A stretch of DNA of 64,000 bases. It comes from an uncultured delta proteobacterium (GTDB taxonomy: Bacteria > Myxococcota > Myxococcia > Myxococcales > Myxococcaceae). Position 1 is the first letter of the stretch. Every line of letters starts with the position of its first letter. Shown piece after piece: positions 12,923 through 22,200 of the stretch. The DNA lies in assembly GCA_963771175.1 (NCBI GenBank), contig CAVYSY010000040.1:1-64000 (forward strand), written 5' to 3'. The position numbers and the translations under genes are program-made. A model generated the notes under the pieces. That model was given only the letters and a program-made list of their open reading frames with translations. It made no database searches and had not been told where the DNA came from.

Positions 12923-14260
12923 ATGGAATGGGTCTTCCTCGGACTGGCGATCCTGCTGGTCTTCGCGAACGGGTTCTTCGTGGCGACCGAGTTCGCCATC
13001 GTGAAGATCCGCCATACGCGCCTCCAGGCCCTGGTGGACGAGGGGCGTCCGGGTGCCGCGGCCGCCATGAAGATGGTGGAGAAGCTGGACGCCTACCTCT
13101 CCGCCACGCAGTTCGGCATCACCCTCGCGTCGCTGGGACTGGGCTGGCTGGGTGAGCCGGCGTTCGCCCACCTGTTGGAGCCCGTGCTCAACGGCCTCGT
13201 CCCGGCCGCGGCGGGCCCCACGCTGGCGCACACCCTGGCGGTGGCCTTCGCCTTCGCCATCATCACCTTCCTCCACATCGTCGTGGGGGAGCTGGCACCC
13301 AAGAGCCTCGCCATCCAGCGCGCCGAGGCGACGACGATGGCGGTGGCGCTGCCCATGCGCCTCTTCTACGTCGTCTTCTTCCCGGCCATCTGGCTGCTCA
13401 ACGGGGTGGCGGGGTGGGTGCTGAAGGCCTTCGGGCTGCACGCGGCGCACGAGGCCCACGACGCGCACAGCGAGGAGGAACTGCGCGTCATCCTCCACAG
13501 CTCGGCGCAGGCGGGCGCCATCACCACGCAGCGCGCGGAGCTGCTGGAGCGCTCGCTGGAGATGGCCCAGAAGACGGCGCGCCAGGTGATGGTGCCTCGC
13601 AACCAGGTGAAGTTCCTCGACGTGGAGGAGCCGCTGGACAAGTGCATCGCGGACGCGCGCGCCGCGGGCCACACGTGGCTGCCGGTGTGCCGGGGGAACA
13701 TGGACGCGGTGGAGGGGGTGGTCAACGTGAAGGACCTCTTCTTCCTCCTCTCCAAGGGCGAGCTGCGCAGCCTGGCCCAGGTGCAGCGCCCGGTGGTCTA
13801 CATCCCAGAGCACGTGACGCTCGAGCAGCTCCTCAACGAGTTCCGTCGCCGCCGCCGGCAGATCGCCCTGGTGGTGGACGAGCACGGGGGGACCTCCGGG
13901 CTCGTGACGCTCGCGGACGTAGTGGCCGAGGTGGTGGGCGACGTGGCCGAGCTGGGGCGGCGCATGGAGGAGGTTCGCTCGCTGCCGGGCGGGCGCTTCG
14001 AGCTGCCCGGTACCGCCCAGCTCGATGACCTCGAGGACCGCCTGGACGTCTCGTTCGAGATCGAAGACGAGGACATCGAGGTGACGACGATCGCCGGCTA
14101 CATCATGGCGAAGCTGGGGCGCGTTCCCGAGAAGGGGGACACGCTCAAGCTGGACATGTGGCGCATCCAGGTGGAGGAGGTCGAGGGGCCACGCGTGGTG
14201 CGCGTGACGGTGGAGCCCCAGGCGAGCCCGAAGCCGCCCGTAACGGCGGCGGATGCCTGA
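12923..14260 (+). CDS. CNNM/hemolysin-family protein (DUF21-CBS-CorC)
   Basis: NGFFVATEFAIV, GELAPKS, VVDEHGGTSG and a C-terminal CorC-like domain. Confidence 0.92.
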   Translation: MEWVFLGLAILLVFANGFFVATEFAIVKIRHTRLQALVDEGRPGAAAAMKMVEKLDAYLSATQFGITLASLGLGWLGEPAFAHLLEPVLNGLVPAAAGPTLAHTLAVAFAFAIITFLHIVVGELAPKSLAIQRAEATTMAVALPMRLFYVVFFPAIWLLNGVAGWVLKAFGLHAAHEAHDAHSEEELRVILHSSAQAGAITTQRAELLERSLEMAQKTARQVMVPRNQVKFLDVEEPLDKCIADARAAGHTWLPVCRGNMDAVEGVVNVKDLFFLLSKGELRSLAQVQRPVVYIPEHVTLEQLLNEFRRRRRQIALVVDEHGGTSGLVTLADVVAEVVGDVAELGRRMEEVRSLPGGRFELPGTAQLDDLEDRLDVSFEIEDEDIEVTTIAGYIMAKLGRVPEKGDTLKLDMWRIQVEEVEGPRVVRVTVEPQASPKPPVTAADA

Positions 14261-14289
14261 GCCGTTCTCCTGCGTTGAGCAGGCTCCTC

Positions 14290-15456
14290 ATGCTCTCCGA
14301 CTCCTCTCCGAGTTCCCTTCCTGGTACGCCGCGTCCTGGCCCCTCCTCGCTCCAGAGCCCTCCGCAGGGAGCCGAGAGGGCTCGAGGGGCCGAGCCCTCC
14401 CCTGACGCCGGGTCGTCCGCCCGCCGAATGTCGCTGGTGGATGGGCTGCGCGGGTTCGCGGCGCTCGCCGTGGTGCTGCCGCACGCCGTGGGCCTCTTCA
14501 CGTTCGCTGGGGCGGGAGCGCTGTCCGGGTTCATGGTCCGGGTGGCGGGCTTCGGGCACCGTGGCGTCGAGGTGTTCTTCGCGCTGAGCGGTTTCGTCAT
14601 CGCCTTCACCCTGCGCCGCACGCACCTGTCCCCCAGGCGCATCGGCAACTTCATCCTCCGCCGCTCGTTGCGGTTGGATCCGCCCTACTGGGTGGCTCTC
14701 TGCCTGTTCGGCGCGTTCCTGTTCCTTCGCGCGGGGATGACGGGGAAGCCGGTGGAGCTGCCCTCGGGCCCTGGGCTGCTCTCCCACCTGTTCTACCTGC
14801 AAGACATCCTCGGGTACGGGCAGCTCAACATCGCGTTCTGGACCCTGTGCATCGAGTTCCAGTTCTATCTGGCGTTCGCGGTGCTGCTGGGGCTCGCCCA
14901 GGCGCTCTCGCGCCGGTTGGAGCGGGAGGGCGTGCTGACGCTGCTCTTCTCCTCGCTCTTCGTGCTGTCGCTGGCCTGGCCCGCGGGCCTGCTGGATGCG
15001 AAGGCCGTCGCGCCCTGGCTGCTCCCCCATGCATACATCTTCCTGGCCGGCGCGCTGACGTGGTGGGCGCTCGAGGGCCGTCTGCCTCGCGGCGTCTGGT
15101 ACGCCTTCGTGCTGGTGCTGTGGGGATTGTTCCTGTGGCGGCTCGACAGCCGCACGTTCGTGACGGCGTTCACGTGCTCTGCCCTCTACGTGGCCGGGCG
15201 GCGCCAGCGCCTCTACACATGGCTCGCGGCGGGGCCCTTCCAGTACCTGGGCCGCATTTCGTACAGCCTCTACCTCGTGCACGTGCCCCTGTGTCTGCTC
15301 GTGCTGGCCCTGAAGGTGCGCGTCGCTCCGCCGTCGGATGGGGTGGCCCTTGCGTTCCTCGGGCTCGTCTTCGCGGCGAGCATCGCCGCGGCCCAGGTGC
15401 TCCACACCTGGGTGGAGGCGCCCTGCCTCGCGTGGGCGAAGCGTCTCAAGCGGTAA
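14290..15456 (+). CDS. Acyltransferase-3 (OafA-like) membrane protein
   Basis: DGLRGFAALAVV, GVEVFFALSGFVI, WTLCIEFQFY and LGRISYSLYLVH. Start may be 14290 or 14428. Confidence 0.88.
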   Translation: MLSDSSPSSLPGTPRPGPSSLQSPPQGAERARGAEPSPDAGSSARRMSLVDGLRGFAALAVVLPHAVGLFTFAGAGALSGFMVRVAGFGHRGVEVFFALSGFVIAFTLRRTHLSPRRIGNFILRRSLRLDPPYWVALCLFGAFLFLRAGMTGKPVELPSGPGLLSHLFYLQDILGYGQLNIAFWTLCIEFQFYLAFAVLLGLAQALSRRLEREGVLTLLFSSLFVLSLAWPAGLLDAKAVAPWLLPHAYIFLAGALTWWALEGRLPRGVWYAFVLVLWGLFLWRLDSRTFVTAFTCSALYVAGRRQRLYTWLAAGPFQYLGRISYSLYLVHVPLCLLVLALKVRVAPPSDGVALAFLGLVFAASIAAAQVLHTWVEAPCLAWAKRLKR

Positions 15457-15460
15457 CGGC

Positions 15461-16234
15461 CTAGCGCTCGTTCGTGGCCGGCTTCACCCGCGTCTTCGCC
15501 TTCTTCTTCGCCTTGTCCTGGGCCACCGGCGTGGGTCGCTCCACCGCGATCAGCTCCAGGTCCGTGCTCTCCCCGGTGGCCACCTTCACGATGCCCACCC
15601 CGGGGGCGAACCAGATGAAGCTCTCCAGCGAGCGGCCCACGTTCGCCTGGGTGGCTCGCGCGGTGGTGATGTTGCGGACCTTCAGCGCCTTGAAGGTGCC
15701 TGCCGCCACGGTGAGCTCCTCCTCGCCGATGACGGTCGCCTCCTTGTCGAACGTGGATGCGAGCACGGGCCGCAGACCGCCCGGCATCTTTACCGACTCG
15801 GGCGGGCGCAGCTTCACCGAGAGGCTGTTCTTCCATGTGCCCCCCGGCACCATCGTCGCGGGCGCTGGCACCACCGGGCCCTCGGCGGCCACCACTTCGA
15901 TGTCCATGCCCGAGGCCGCCAGCAGCGTGCCCTCCAGCCCGCCCACCTCCGTGCGCACCCCGTCCGCGCTACAGGTGATTACAGCGCTGTTCGCCTTGCC
16001 CTTCATGTCCACCGCGAGCGTGCCAGTGAGGCCCTCGGGGGTGGACTTCACTTCGCGCGTGGTCAGCGACAGCTCCGACGAGCGGCCCGCCCGGTAGGTG
16101 AGCTTCAGCCCCTCCTCCAGAGGGAAATACGGGTTGGGACAGCTCGCCTGGGGCGCGGCCGTGTCAGACCCGGCTGCTATGCCGACCGGGGTCGCTCCTA
16201 CGAGGAGGGAGAGAGCAAGCAGGGGCTTGAGCGT
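15461..16234 (-). CDS. Secreted beta-rich hypothetical protein with an apparent ACG start
   Basis: Signal peptide LKPLLALSLLVGA, YFPL motif, and EELTVAAGTF...WFAPGVGIVK. GGAGG lies 6 nt before the ACG. Confidence 0.65.
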   Translation of the reverse strand, partial: TLKPLLALSLLVGATPVGIAAGSDTAAPQASCPNPYFPLEEGLKLTYRAGRSSELSLTTREVKSTPEGLTGTLAVDMKGKANSAVITCSADGVRTEVGGLEGTLLAASGMDIEVVAAEGPVVPAPATMVPGGTWKNSLSVKLRPPESVKMPGGLRPVLASTFDKEATVIGEEELTVAAGTFKALKVRNITTARATQANVGRSLESFIWFAPGVGIVKVATGESTDLELIAVERPTPVAQDKAKKKAKTRVKPATNER

Positions 16235-16470
16235 AGGTCGCCTCCAGAAACGGTTGAGGGAAGGTAGGGTCTCTGTCCGCCCGTACAACCCCCCGGACGC
16301 CAGCCCGGTGGGCGCCATGCTTGCCTGCTCGCCTATGGTCATGCATGGCAGGGTCATGCTTGATCGGTTGAGATCCAGCGTGCTACTCGTCTGATCGCTC
16401 CGAAGCCGATTTTTCGGCCTCCGGAGCGCTTCCTCCCTCGTTCGCCCCTTTTCGGGAGCCCGCCTCAACC

Positions 16471-19400
16471 ATGCGAATCAAGCGTCTGGACATCACCGGC
16501 TTCAAATCGTTCATGGAGCGCAGCGTCTTCACGTTCGATGACGGTGTAACGGGCATCGTCGGCCCCAACGGCTGCGGCAAGTCCAACGTGGTGGACTCCA
16601 TCCGCTGGGTCATGGGCGAGCAGAGCGCCAAGAACCTGCGCGGCCGCGGCATGGAGGACGTCATCTTCAACGGCTCGGAGTCCAAGCCGCCCCTGTCCAT
16701 GTCCGAGGTGTCGCTCACCTTCCACGTGGACGAGACGGACACGCTCCCCGCCCACCTCTCGGGCCTCACCGAGGTGACCGTCACCCGCCGGCTCTTCCGC
16801 AGCGGCGAGTCCGAGTACCTCATCAACAAGACCATCTGCCGCCTGCTGGACATCACCGAGCTCTTCCTCGGCACCGGCGTGGGCACCAAGGCCTACTCCA
16901 TCATCGAGCAGGGCCGCGTGGGCCTCATCGTCTCCAGCAAGCCCGAGGACCGGCGCCACCTGATTGAAGAGGCCGCGGGCGTCACCAAGTACAAGTCCCG
17001 CCGCAAGGCCGCCGAGCGCAAGCTGGAGGCCACCCAGGCCAACCTCCTGCGCGTCACGGACATTACGAGCGAGCTGGAGCGCCGCCTGGAGAACCTCTCG
17101 CGCCAGGCGAAGAAGGCCGAGAAGTACAAGAAGCTCAAGACGCGGATGCGGGAGATCGAGCTGCACTCGGCCTCGCACCAGTTCCTGGCCCTGCACGCCG
17201 AGTCCAAGGTGCTCCAGGACAAGCTGAACAGCCTGGGCGGCGAGGAGCGCGAGGGCCTGGAGAAGCTGCGCGAGCTGGAGGTGGTCATCGCCAACCGCCG
17301 CACCGAGCAGGAGGCCGAGACCGAGGCCCTGCAGAAGCTCTCCGCCGAGGTGCATGCCCTGGAGAGCGCCGTGCAGCGCGCGGACCAGGACCTGGCCTAC
17401 TGGCGCAAGGACCTGGAGGAGACGAGCGCCCGGGTGGCCCAGTCCGAGGGCGAGCTCAACGCGGTGAAGGCCCGCCAGTCCGAGGTGGCCGACACCATGG
17501 CCGCCCGCGAGGCGGAGCTGAGCAACATCGCCGGCTCGTGGAAGGAGGACGAGGTCGCCATGAAGGTGGCGCAGGAGGAGCTGCGCCGGGTGACCCAGCT
17601 CCAGGCCGAAATCTCCCTCCGGCTGGAGCAGGAGCGGGCCGCCGTCGTCACCGTGGCGAGCCGCCTGGCCAACCACGAGAGCAACCTCGTCAACCTCGCC
17701 CGCCAGAAGGCGGACCTGGAGTCCCGTCGCGCCCGCAACCGCGCCGAGGCCGACGCGCTGCGCGAGCAGGAGAAGCAGCTCGAGGACGTGCGCCAGCAGG
17801 TGGCGCGCCGGGTGGAGGAGAGCCGCCACCTGTCCCATGAGCTCGCCGAGCGCAAGGGCCACGAGGAGGAGGCCCTGGTGCGCACCCGCCAGGCCTTCAT
17901 GGAGAACGAGGTCCAGGTCATCGGCCTGCGCGAGGAGCTGAGCGACAAGCGCAGCCGGCTGGCCTCGCTGGAGTCGCTGCAGAAGGACTACGAGGGCTTC
18001 GACAAGGGCGTGCGCGCGGTGATGGTGCGCGCCGGCGAGGAGTCCCGGACCCAGGGCATCTTCGGCCTGGTGGCGGACGTCATCTCCACCACGCCGCGCT
18101 TCGAGCGCGCGGTGGAGGCGGCGCTCGGCGAGCGGCTCCAGCACGTCGTCGTGGAGAGCCGCGACAAGGGCGTGGAGCTGGTGGAGTACCTCAAGTCCGC
18201 GATCGAAGGCCGGGGCAGCTTCCTGCCGGTGCCCCCGCCCGAGCGCGTGCCCTCCGTGGTGCAGCCGGACCTGTCTCGGCCCGGCGTGCTGGCCAGCGCC
18301 TTCGCCGAGGTGACGTGCGAGGAGGCCCTCAAGCCGGTGGTGCAGCTGATCCTCGGGGACGTGGTCATCGTGGAGGACCTGTCCGTGGCGCGCGCCTACG
18401 CGAGCGCCGAGGGCACCGCGTGCACCATCGTCACCCTGGACGGTGAGGTGTTCCGCCCGGACGGCACCGTCACCGGCGGCGAGCGCGAGGGCGCGATGGT
18501 GGGCGCCCTGCAGAAGAAGCGCGAGATCGCCGAGCTGGCCGTGGAAGTGGCCCGGGTGGAGGAGCGCTACAACGAGATCCTCACCCGGCACTACACCCTG
18601 CAGAAGCAGATGGGCGACACGGAGGACGTGCTCCGCGGACTGGCGAAGAACCAGCACGCCGAGGAGCTGAGCCTCGCCAGCCAGGAGAAGGACCTGCACA
18701 AGGCGAGCGAGGACCTGGCTCGGGTGCGCGACCGCCTCCGGGCCCTGGACGCCGACGAGTCCCAGCTCTCGCACATGTACGACGGGCTGGCGCACGAGGA
18801 GGAGAACAGCCGGGGCGAGGTGGCGCACGGCCAGGCGGACCGCGAGTCGCGCGAGGAGCGCGTGAAGCAGCTCGGGGGCGAGCTGGAGTCGCTGCGGCAG
18901 CGCGGGGAGACGGCCACGGCGAACCTCACCACCCTCAAGGTGAAGGTGGCGGCCGGCGGCGAGCGCGGTGAGTCGGCTCGCAAGGAGCTGGAGAGCCTGC
19001 TGGCCCAGAAGGAGGAGATGGCCAGCCGGGTGCGCAAGCTGGAGTCCACGGTGCGCGATGGCGCGGTGCGGGTGGAGGAGTTCCAGCGCCGCATCGCGGA
19101 GACGGACGAGGTGCGCGGCAAGAAGGCCGAGGAGCTGCGCCTGGCCTCCGGCGTGCTGGAGTCGCGGCGGTCGGCCCACGGCAACGCCTCGAGTCAGGTG
19201 CGCGAGCAGGACACCATCCTGCGCGAGCTGCGCACGAAGATGGAGAGCGTCACCCAGGGGCTGACGCAGATCACCCTGCGCGAGCGGGAGATCGCCCTGG
19301 AGCTGGAGCACCTGGTGCTGGGCATCCGCGAGCGGCACGGCCTGGAACTGCCGGAGGAGGTGCACCGCTACCACATGCTGCCGTCGCTGAGCGAGGAGGC

Positions 19401-20070
19401 GGAGCAGGAGCTGAAGGACCTGCGCGCGCAGGTGGAGAAGATGGGGGAGATCAACCTCACCGCCATCGACGAGCACGACGAGCTGGCCAAGCGCTCCGAG
19501 TTCCTGCTGACGCAGAAGAAGGACCTGTCGGAGTCGATGGAGAAGCTGCAGGAGGCCATCCGGCGCATCGACGCGTCGAGCCGCGAGCGCTTCAAGCAGA
19601 CGTTCGACATCGTGAACGAGAAGTTCCAGGCCATCTTCCCGCGGCTGTTCGGCGGAGGCCGGGCGAGCCTGGTGCTGACGAACGAGGGTCAGGCCGGGGA
19701 GCCGGGCGTGGAGATCGTCGCGCAGCCGCCGGGCAAGAAGCTGCAGAGCATGAACCTGCTGTCGGGTGGTGAGAAGGCGCTGACGGCCGTGGCGCTCATC
19801 TTCGCCATCTTCCTCATCAAGCCGACGCCCTTCTGCCTCCTGGACGAGGTCGACGCCCCGCTGGATGAGGGCAACGTGGGCCGCTACAACGACATGGTGA
19901 AGGAGATGAGCAAGCAGTCGCAGTTCATCCTCATCACCCACAACAAGCGGACCATGGAAGTGGCGGACACGCTGTACGGCGTGACGATGGAGGAGCCGGG
20001 CATCTCCAAGCTGGTGAGCGTGAAGCTGCGCGCGGCCAATGCCGCCAACGACAACGTCAGCGCGGCGTAG
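16471..20070 (+). CDS. smc: Chromosome segregation protein SMC
   Basis: GFKSF, GPNGCGKSN, coiled coils, hinge, LSGGEK and LLDEVDAPLD. Confidence 0.98.
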   Translation: MRIKRLDITGFKSFMERSVFTFDDGVTGIVGPNGCGKSNVVDSIRWVMGEQSAKNLRGRGMEDVIFNGSESKPPLSMSEVSLTFHVDETDTLPAHLSGLTEVTVTRRLFRSGESEYLINKTICRLLDITELFLGTGVGTKAYSIIEQGRVGLIVSSKPEDRRHLIEEAAGVTKYKSRRKAAERKLEATQANLLRVTDITSELERRLENLSRQAKKAEKYKKLKTRMREIELHSASHQFLALHAESKVLQDKLNSLGGEEREGLEKLRELEVVIANRRTEQEAETEALQKLSAEVHALESAVQRADQDLAYWRKDLEETSARVAQSEGELNAVKARQSEVADTMAAREAELSNIAGSWKEDEVAMKVAQEELRRVTQLQAEISLRLEQERAAVVTVASRLANHESNLVNLARQKADLESRRARNRAEADALREQEKQLEDVRQQVARRVEESRHLSHELAERKGHEEEALVRTRQAFMENEVQVIGLREELSDKRSRLASLESLQKDYEGFDKGVRAVMVRAGEESRTQGIFGLVADVISTTPRFERAVEAALGERLQHVVVESRDKGVELVEYLKSAIEGRGSFLPVPPPERVPSVVQPDLSRPGVLASAFAEVTCEEALKPVVQLILGDVVIVEDLSVARAYASAEGTACTIVTLDGEVFRPDGTVTGGEREGAMVGALQKKREIAELAVEVARVEERYNEILTRHYTLQKQMGDTEDVLRGLAKNQHAEELSLASQEKDLHKASEDLARVRDRLRALDADESQLSHMYDGLAHEEENSRGEVAHGQADRESREERVKQLGGELESLRQRGETATANLTTLKVKVAAGGERGESARKELESLLAQKEEMASRVRKLESTVRDGAVRVEEFQRRIAETDEVRGKKAEELRLASGVLESRRSAHGNASSQVREQDTILRELRTKMESVTQGLTQITLREREIALELEHLVLGIRERHGLELPEEVHRYHMLPSLSEEAEQELKDLRAQVEKMGEINLTAIDEHDELAKRSEFLLTQKKDLSESMEKLQEAIRRIDASSRERFKQTFDIVNEKFQAIFPRLFGGGRASLVLTNEGQAGEPGVEIVAQPPGKKLQSMNLLSGGEKALTAVALIFAIFLIKPTPFCLLDEVDAPLDEGNVGRYNDMVKEMSKQSQFILITHNKRTMEVADTLYGVTMEEPGISKLVSVKLRAANAANDNVSAA

Positions 20071-20076
20071 CGTTCC

Positions 20077-20104
20077 CACGGGTTCGAATCCCGTCGGGGA
20101 CACC
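20077..20104 (+). other. tRNA 3'-half remnant (T-arm plus acceptor 3' strand, Glu-like); possible att scar
   Basis: C ACGGG TTCGAAT CCCGT CGGGGAC A CC. No D or anticodon arm is present because the smc stop lies immediately upstream. Confidence 0.7.
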
Positions 20105-20110
20105 TGAATT

Positions 20111-20158
20111 GAGGCCGGAAGCTGCTGGAAGCTCAGCGGTTTCCGGCCTTGGTGTTTT
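20111..20158 (+). terminator. Terminator hairpin after smc and the tRNA remnant
   Basis: AGGCCGGAAGCTGCTG...CAGCGGTTTCCGGCCT followed by TGGTGTTTT. Confidence 0.75.
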
Positions 20159-20228
20159 CAGAGTCCGGTCGGGCAACGCTCCTCGGGTGATGTACGCTCA
20201 TTCGAGACATTTTTCCGGGGATTGATCG

Positions 20229-21261
20229 ATGGACTTGTTGCAAGAGTTGGGGCTCGAGGCCGCGGGTCTGGGCACGGGCATTCTCTTTGGAGCCTTGGGC
20301 TGGTTCGTGGTGCGCTACGTGGTCACCGGCTTCTTCACCGTGGACCAGAACGAGCGCGCGGTGAAGACGCGCTTCGGGCGCGCCGAGCGCTCGCCGGGAG
20401 CCCACGACGAAGCGGGGTCCCATCAGCGAGGGACTGCTCGCACGGACGAGGACCGCTACGACTATCCCCAGCTCGGGTCATCCCCCCCGGCGGCCCCTAC
20501 TTCAAGTGGCCCTGGGAGAAGGTCTACAAGGTCTCGGTCGCCACCCAGACGGTGAACATGGCCTACGACCCCGAGAACCCGACGGCCAACCAGGGCGGCA
20601 CGGTGCTCGAGGCGGTCACCAAGGACCAGCTCAACACCGGCCTGACCGGCCAGATCCGCTACCGCGTCTCCGAGAAGAACCTCTACGCCTACCTCTTCGG
20701 CGTGAAGCACCCCATCGTCGCACGTCATGGGCTACTTCATCTCCATCCTGCGCGAGCGCATCGCCAACTTCGAGGCGCCCCGCCGCCCGCCGGCGAGGGC
20801 ACCCGAGCCGCCGCCGAGGCGACGGCCGTCGCCAGCGGCATCTCGATCAACGACCTGCGCAAGAACCTGCGCGACCTCAACGAGCACATGGACCGCGAGT
20901 GCACGTCGGCGCGCGGCGCGCTACGGCATCGTCCTCGACGCCTCGCTCATCACCGGCATCGACCCGCCGCGCGGAGGTCGAGTCGGCGCTGGCGGCCATC
21001 AACACCGCCCACAACCAGGTCTCCTCCGACATCAGCCTCGCGCAGGCCGCGGCGGACCAGAAGATCGTGCAGTCGCGGCGCGCGGTGGAGATCGAGACCC
21101 TGAAGGCCCAGGCGGAGGTGGAGCCGCTGGTGGCGCTCTGGCCGCCCAGCTCGCGCTGCTCAAGCAGAGCGGGCCCGACGCGCTGCCGGCCTACGTGCGC
21201 AACGTCCGCCTGGGCCTGTTCAGCAAGGCGCAGCCGCGTCATCCTGGAGGTGACGTCATGA
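20229..21261 (+). CDS. SPFH/band-7 domain protein 1 (multiple indels)
   Basis: N-terminal TM segment, GFFTVDQNERAVKTRFG, GGPYFKWPWEKV, TKDQLN and ...LEVTS stop, spread across frames. Confidence 0.75.
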
Positions 21262-22172
21262 TTGAGCTTCCTCGTCGGCTGCCGTCGCTCGCCTTCTTCG
21301 GGCTGCTGCCGTCGGGCTGCCCATCTTCCTGGGCCTGCTGCCGGCTTCTTCGGCCTCTACACCATCGTGCAGGAGCGCACGTGCCAGGTCTACGTGCTCT
21401 TCGGCAAGGTGGTGGCGGTGCTCGACGAGCCGGGCCTGCACTTGCTCTGGCCCAAGCTCGGGCTGGAAGGCGCTCCTCGTGAACTGGCTGGGCCGCTGCC
21501 ACGTGCTCGACATGCGCCTGGACCAGGAGTACCTGCGCAGCCAGCCGGTCAACTCCGAGGAAGGCGCGCCGATGGGCATCGGCATCTGGTACGAGATGTT
21601 CATCAGCGACCCGGTCGCGTACCTGTTCAAGAACGCCGACCCGCGCGGCTCGCTGGCGGCCAACGTGAGCAACGCCACGGTGCGCTGCCTGAGCAACATG
21701 AAGCTCGCCGACATGCTGGAGAACCGCCACGCGATGAGCCAGACGGTGCGCGCCGAGGTCATCGCCCAAGTCGCACGAGTGGGGCTACCAGCTCGGCTCG
21801 GTCTACATCCGCAAGGTGCACTTCCGCGACGCGGGGATGATCCAGCAGATCGAGGAGAAGGTGGTCAACCGGCTGCGCCAGGTGACCTCGGCCATCCGGC
21901 AGGACGGCGCCAACCAGGTGAGCATCATCACCAGCACCGCCGAGCGCCAGGCCGCCATCGAGTTCGCCAAGGCCGCGGCCATGCGCCCGCAGATCGTCGG
22001 CGCGGCGCTGCAGCAGATCGCCCAGGACCCGGCGATCTCCACGGCGATGTTCGAGATCCTGGAGCTGCAGCGGCTCCAGGAGAGCACCGCGAAGGTGACG
22101 CTCATCCCCGAGGGACAGAAGAGCGACCTGCTCGCGCAACTGCTGGTGGCGTCACCGACTCCTTCCCGGTGA
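21258..22172 (+). CDS. SPFH/band-7 domain protein 2 (multiple indels)
   Basis: YTIVQER...VLFGKV...EPGLHLLWP, VNSEEGAPMG, YIRKVHFRD and a coiled-coil tail. Its start overlaps the stop of the previous gene (ATGA). Confidence 0.75.
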
Positions 22173-22200
22173 CGCGCACCCGTGGGCCGGCGAGCGTGGT

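Noticed and set aside
16465..20103. 1212-aa minus-strand ORF opposite smc (similarly 50905..54627, 59559..62810, 24568..27273 and 5434..7626)
   Set aside because: Antisense shadow ORFs caused by high GC3 codon bias; they have no motifs and fully overlap well-supported genes.
20077..20104. Complete tRNA gene after smc
   Set aside because: The upstream sequence is smc coding sequence and cannot form the acceptor 5' strand, D arm or anticodon arm.
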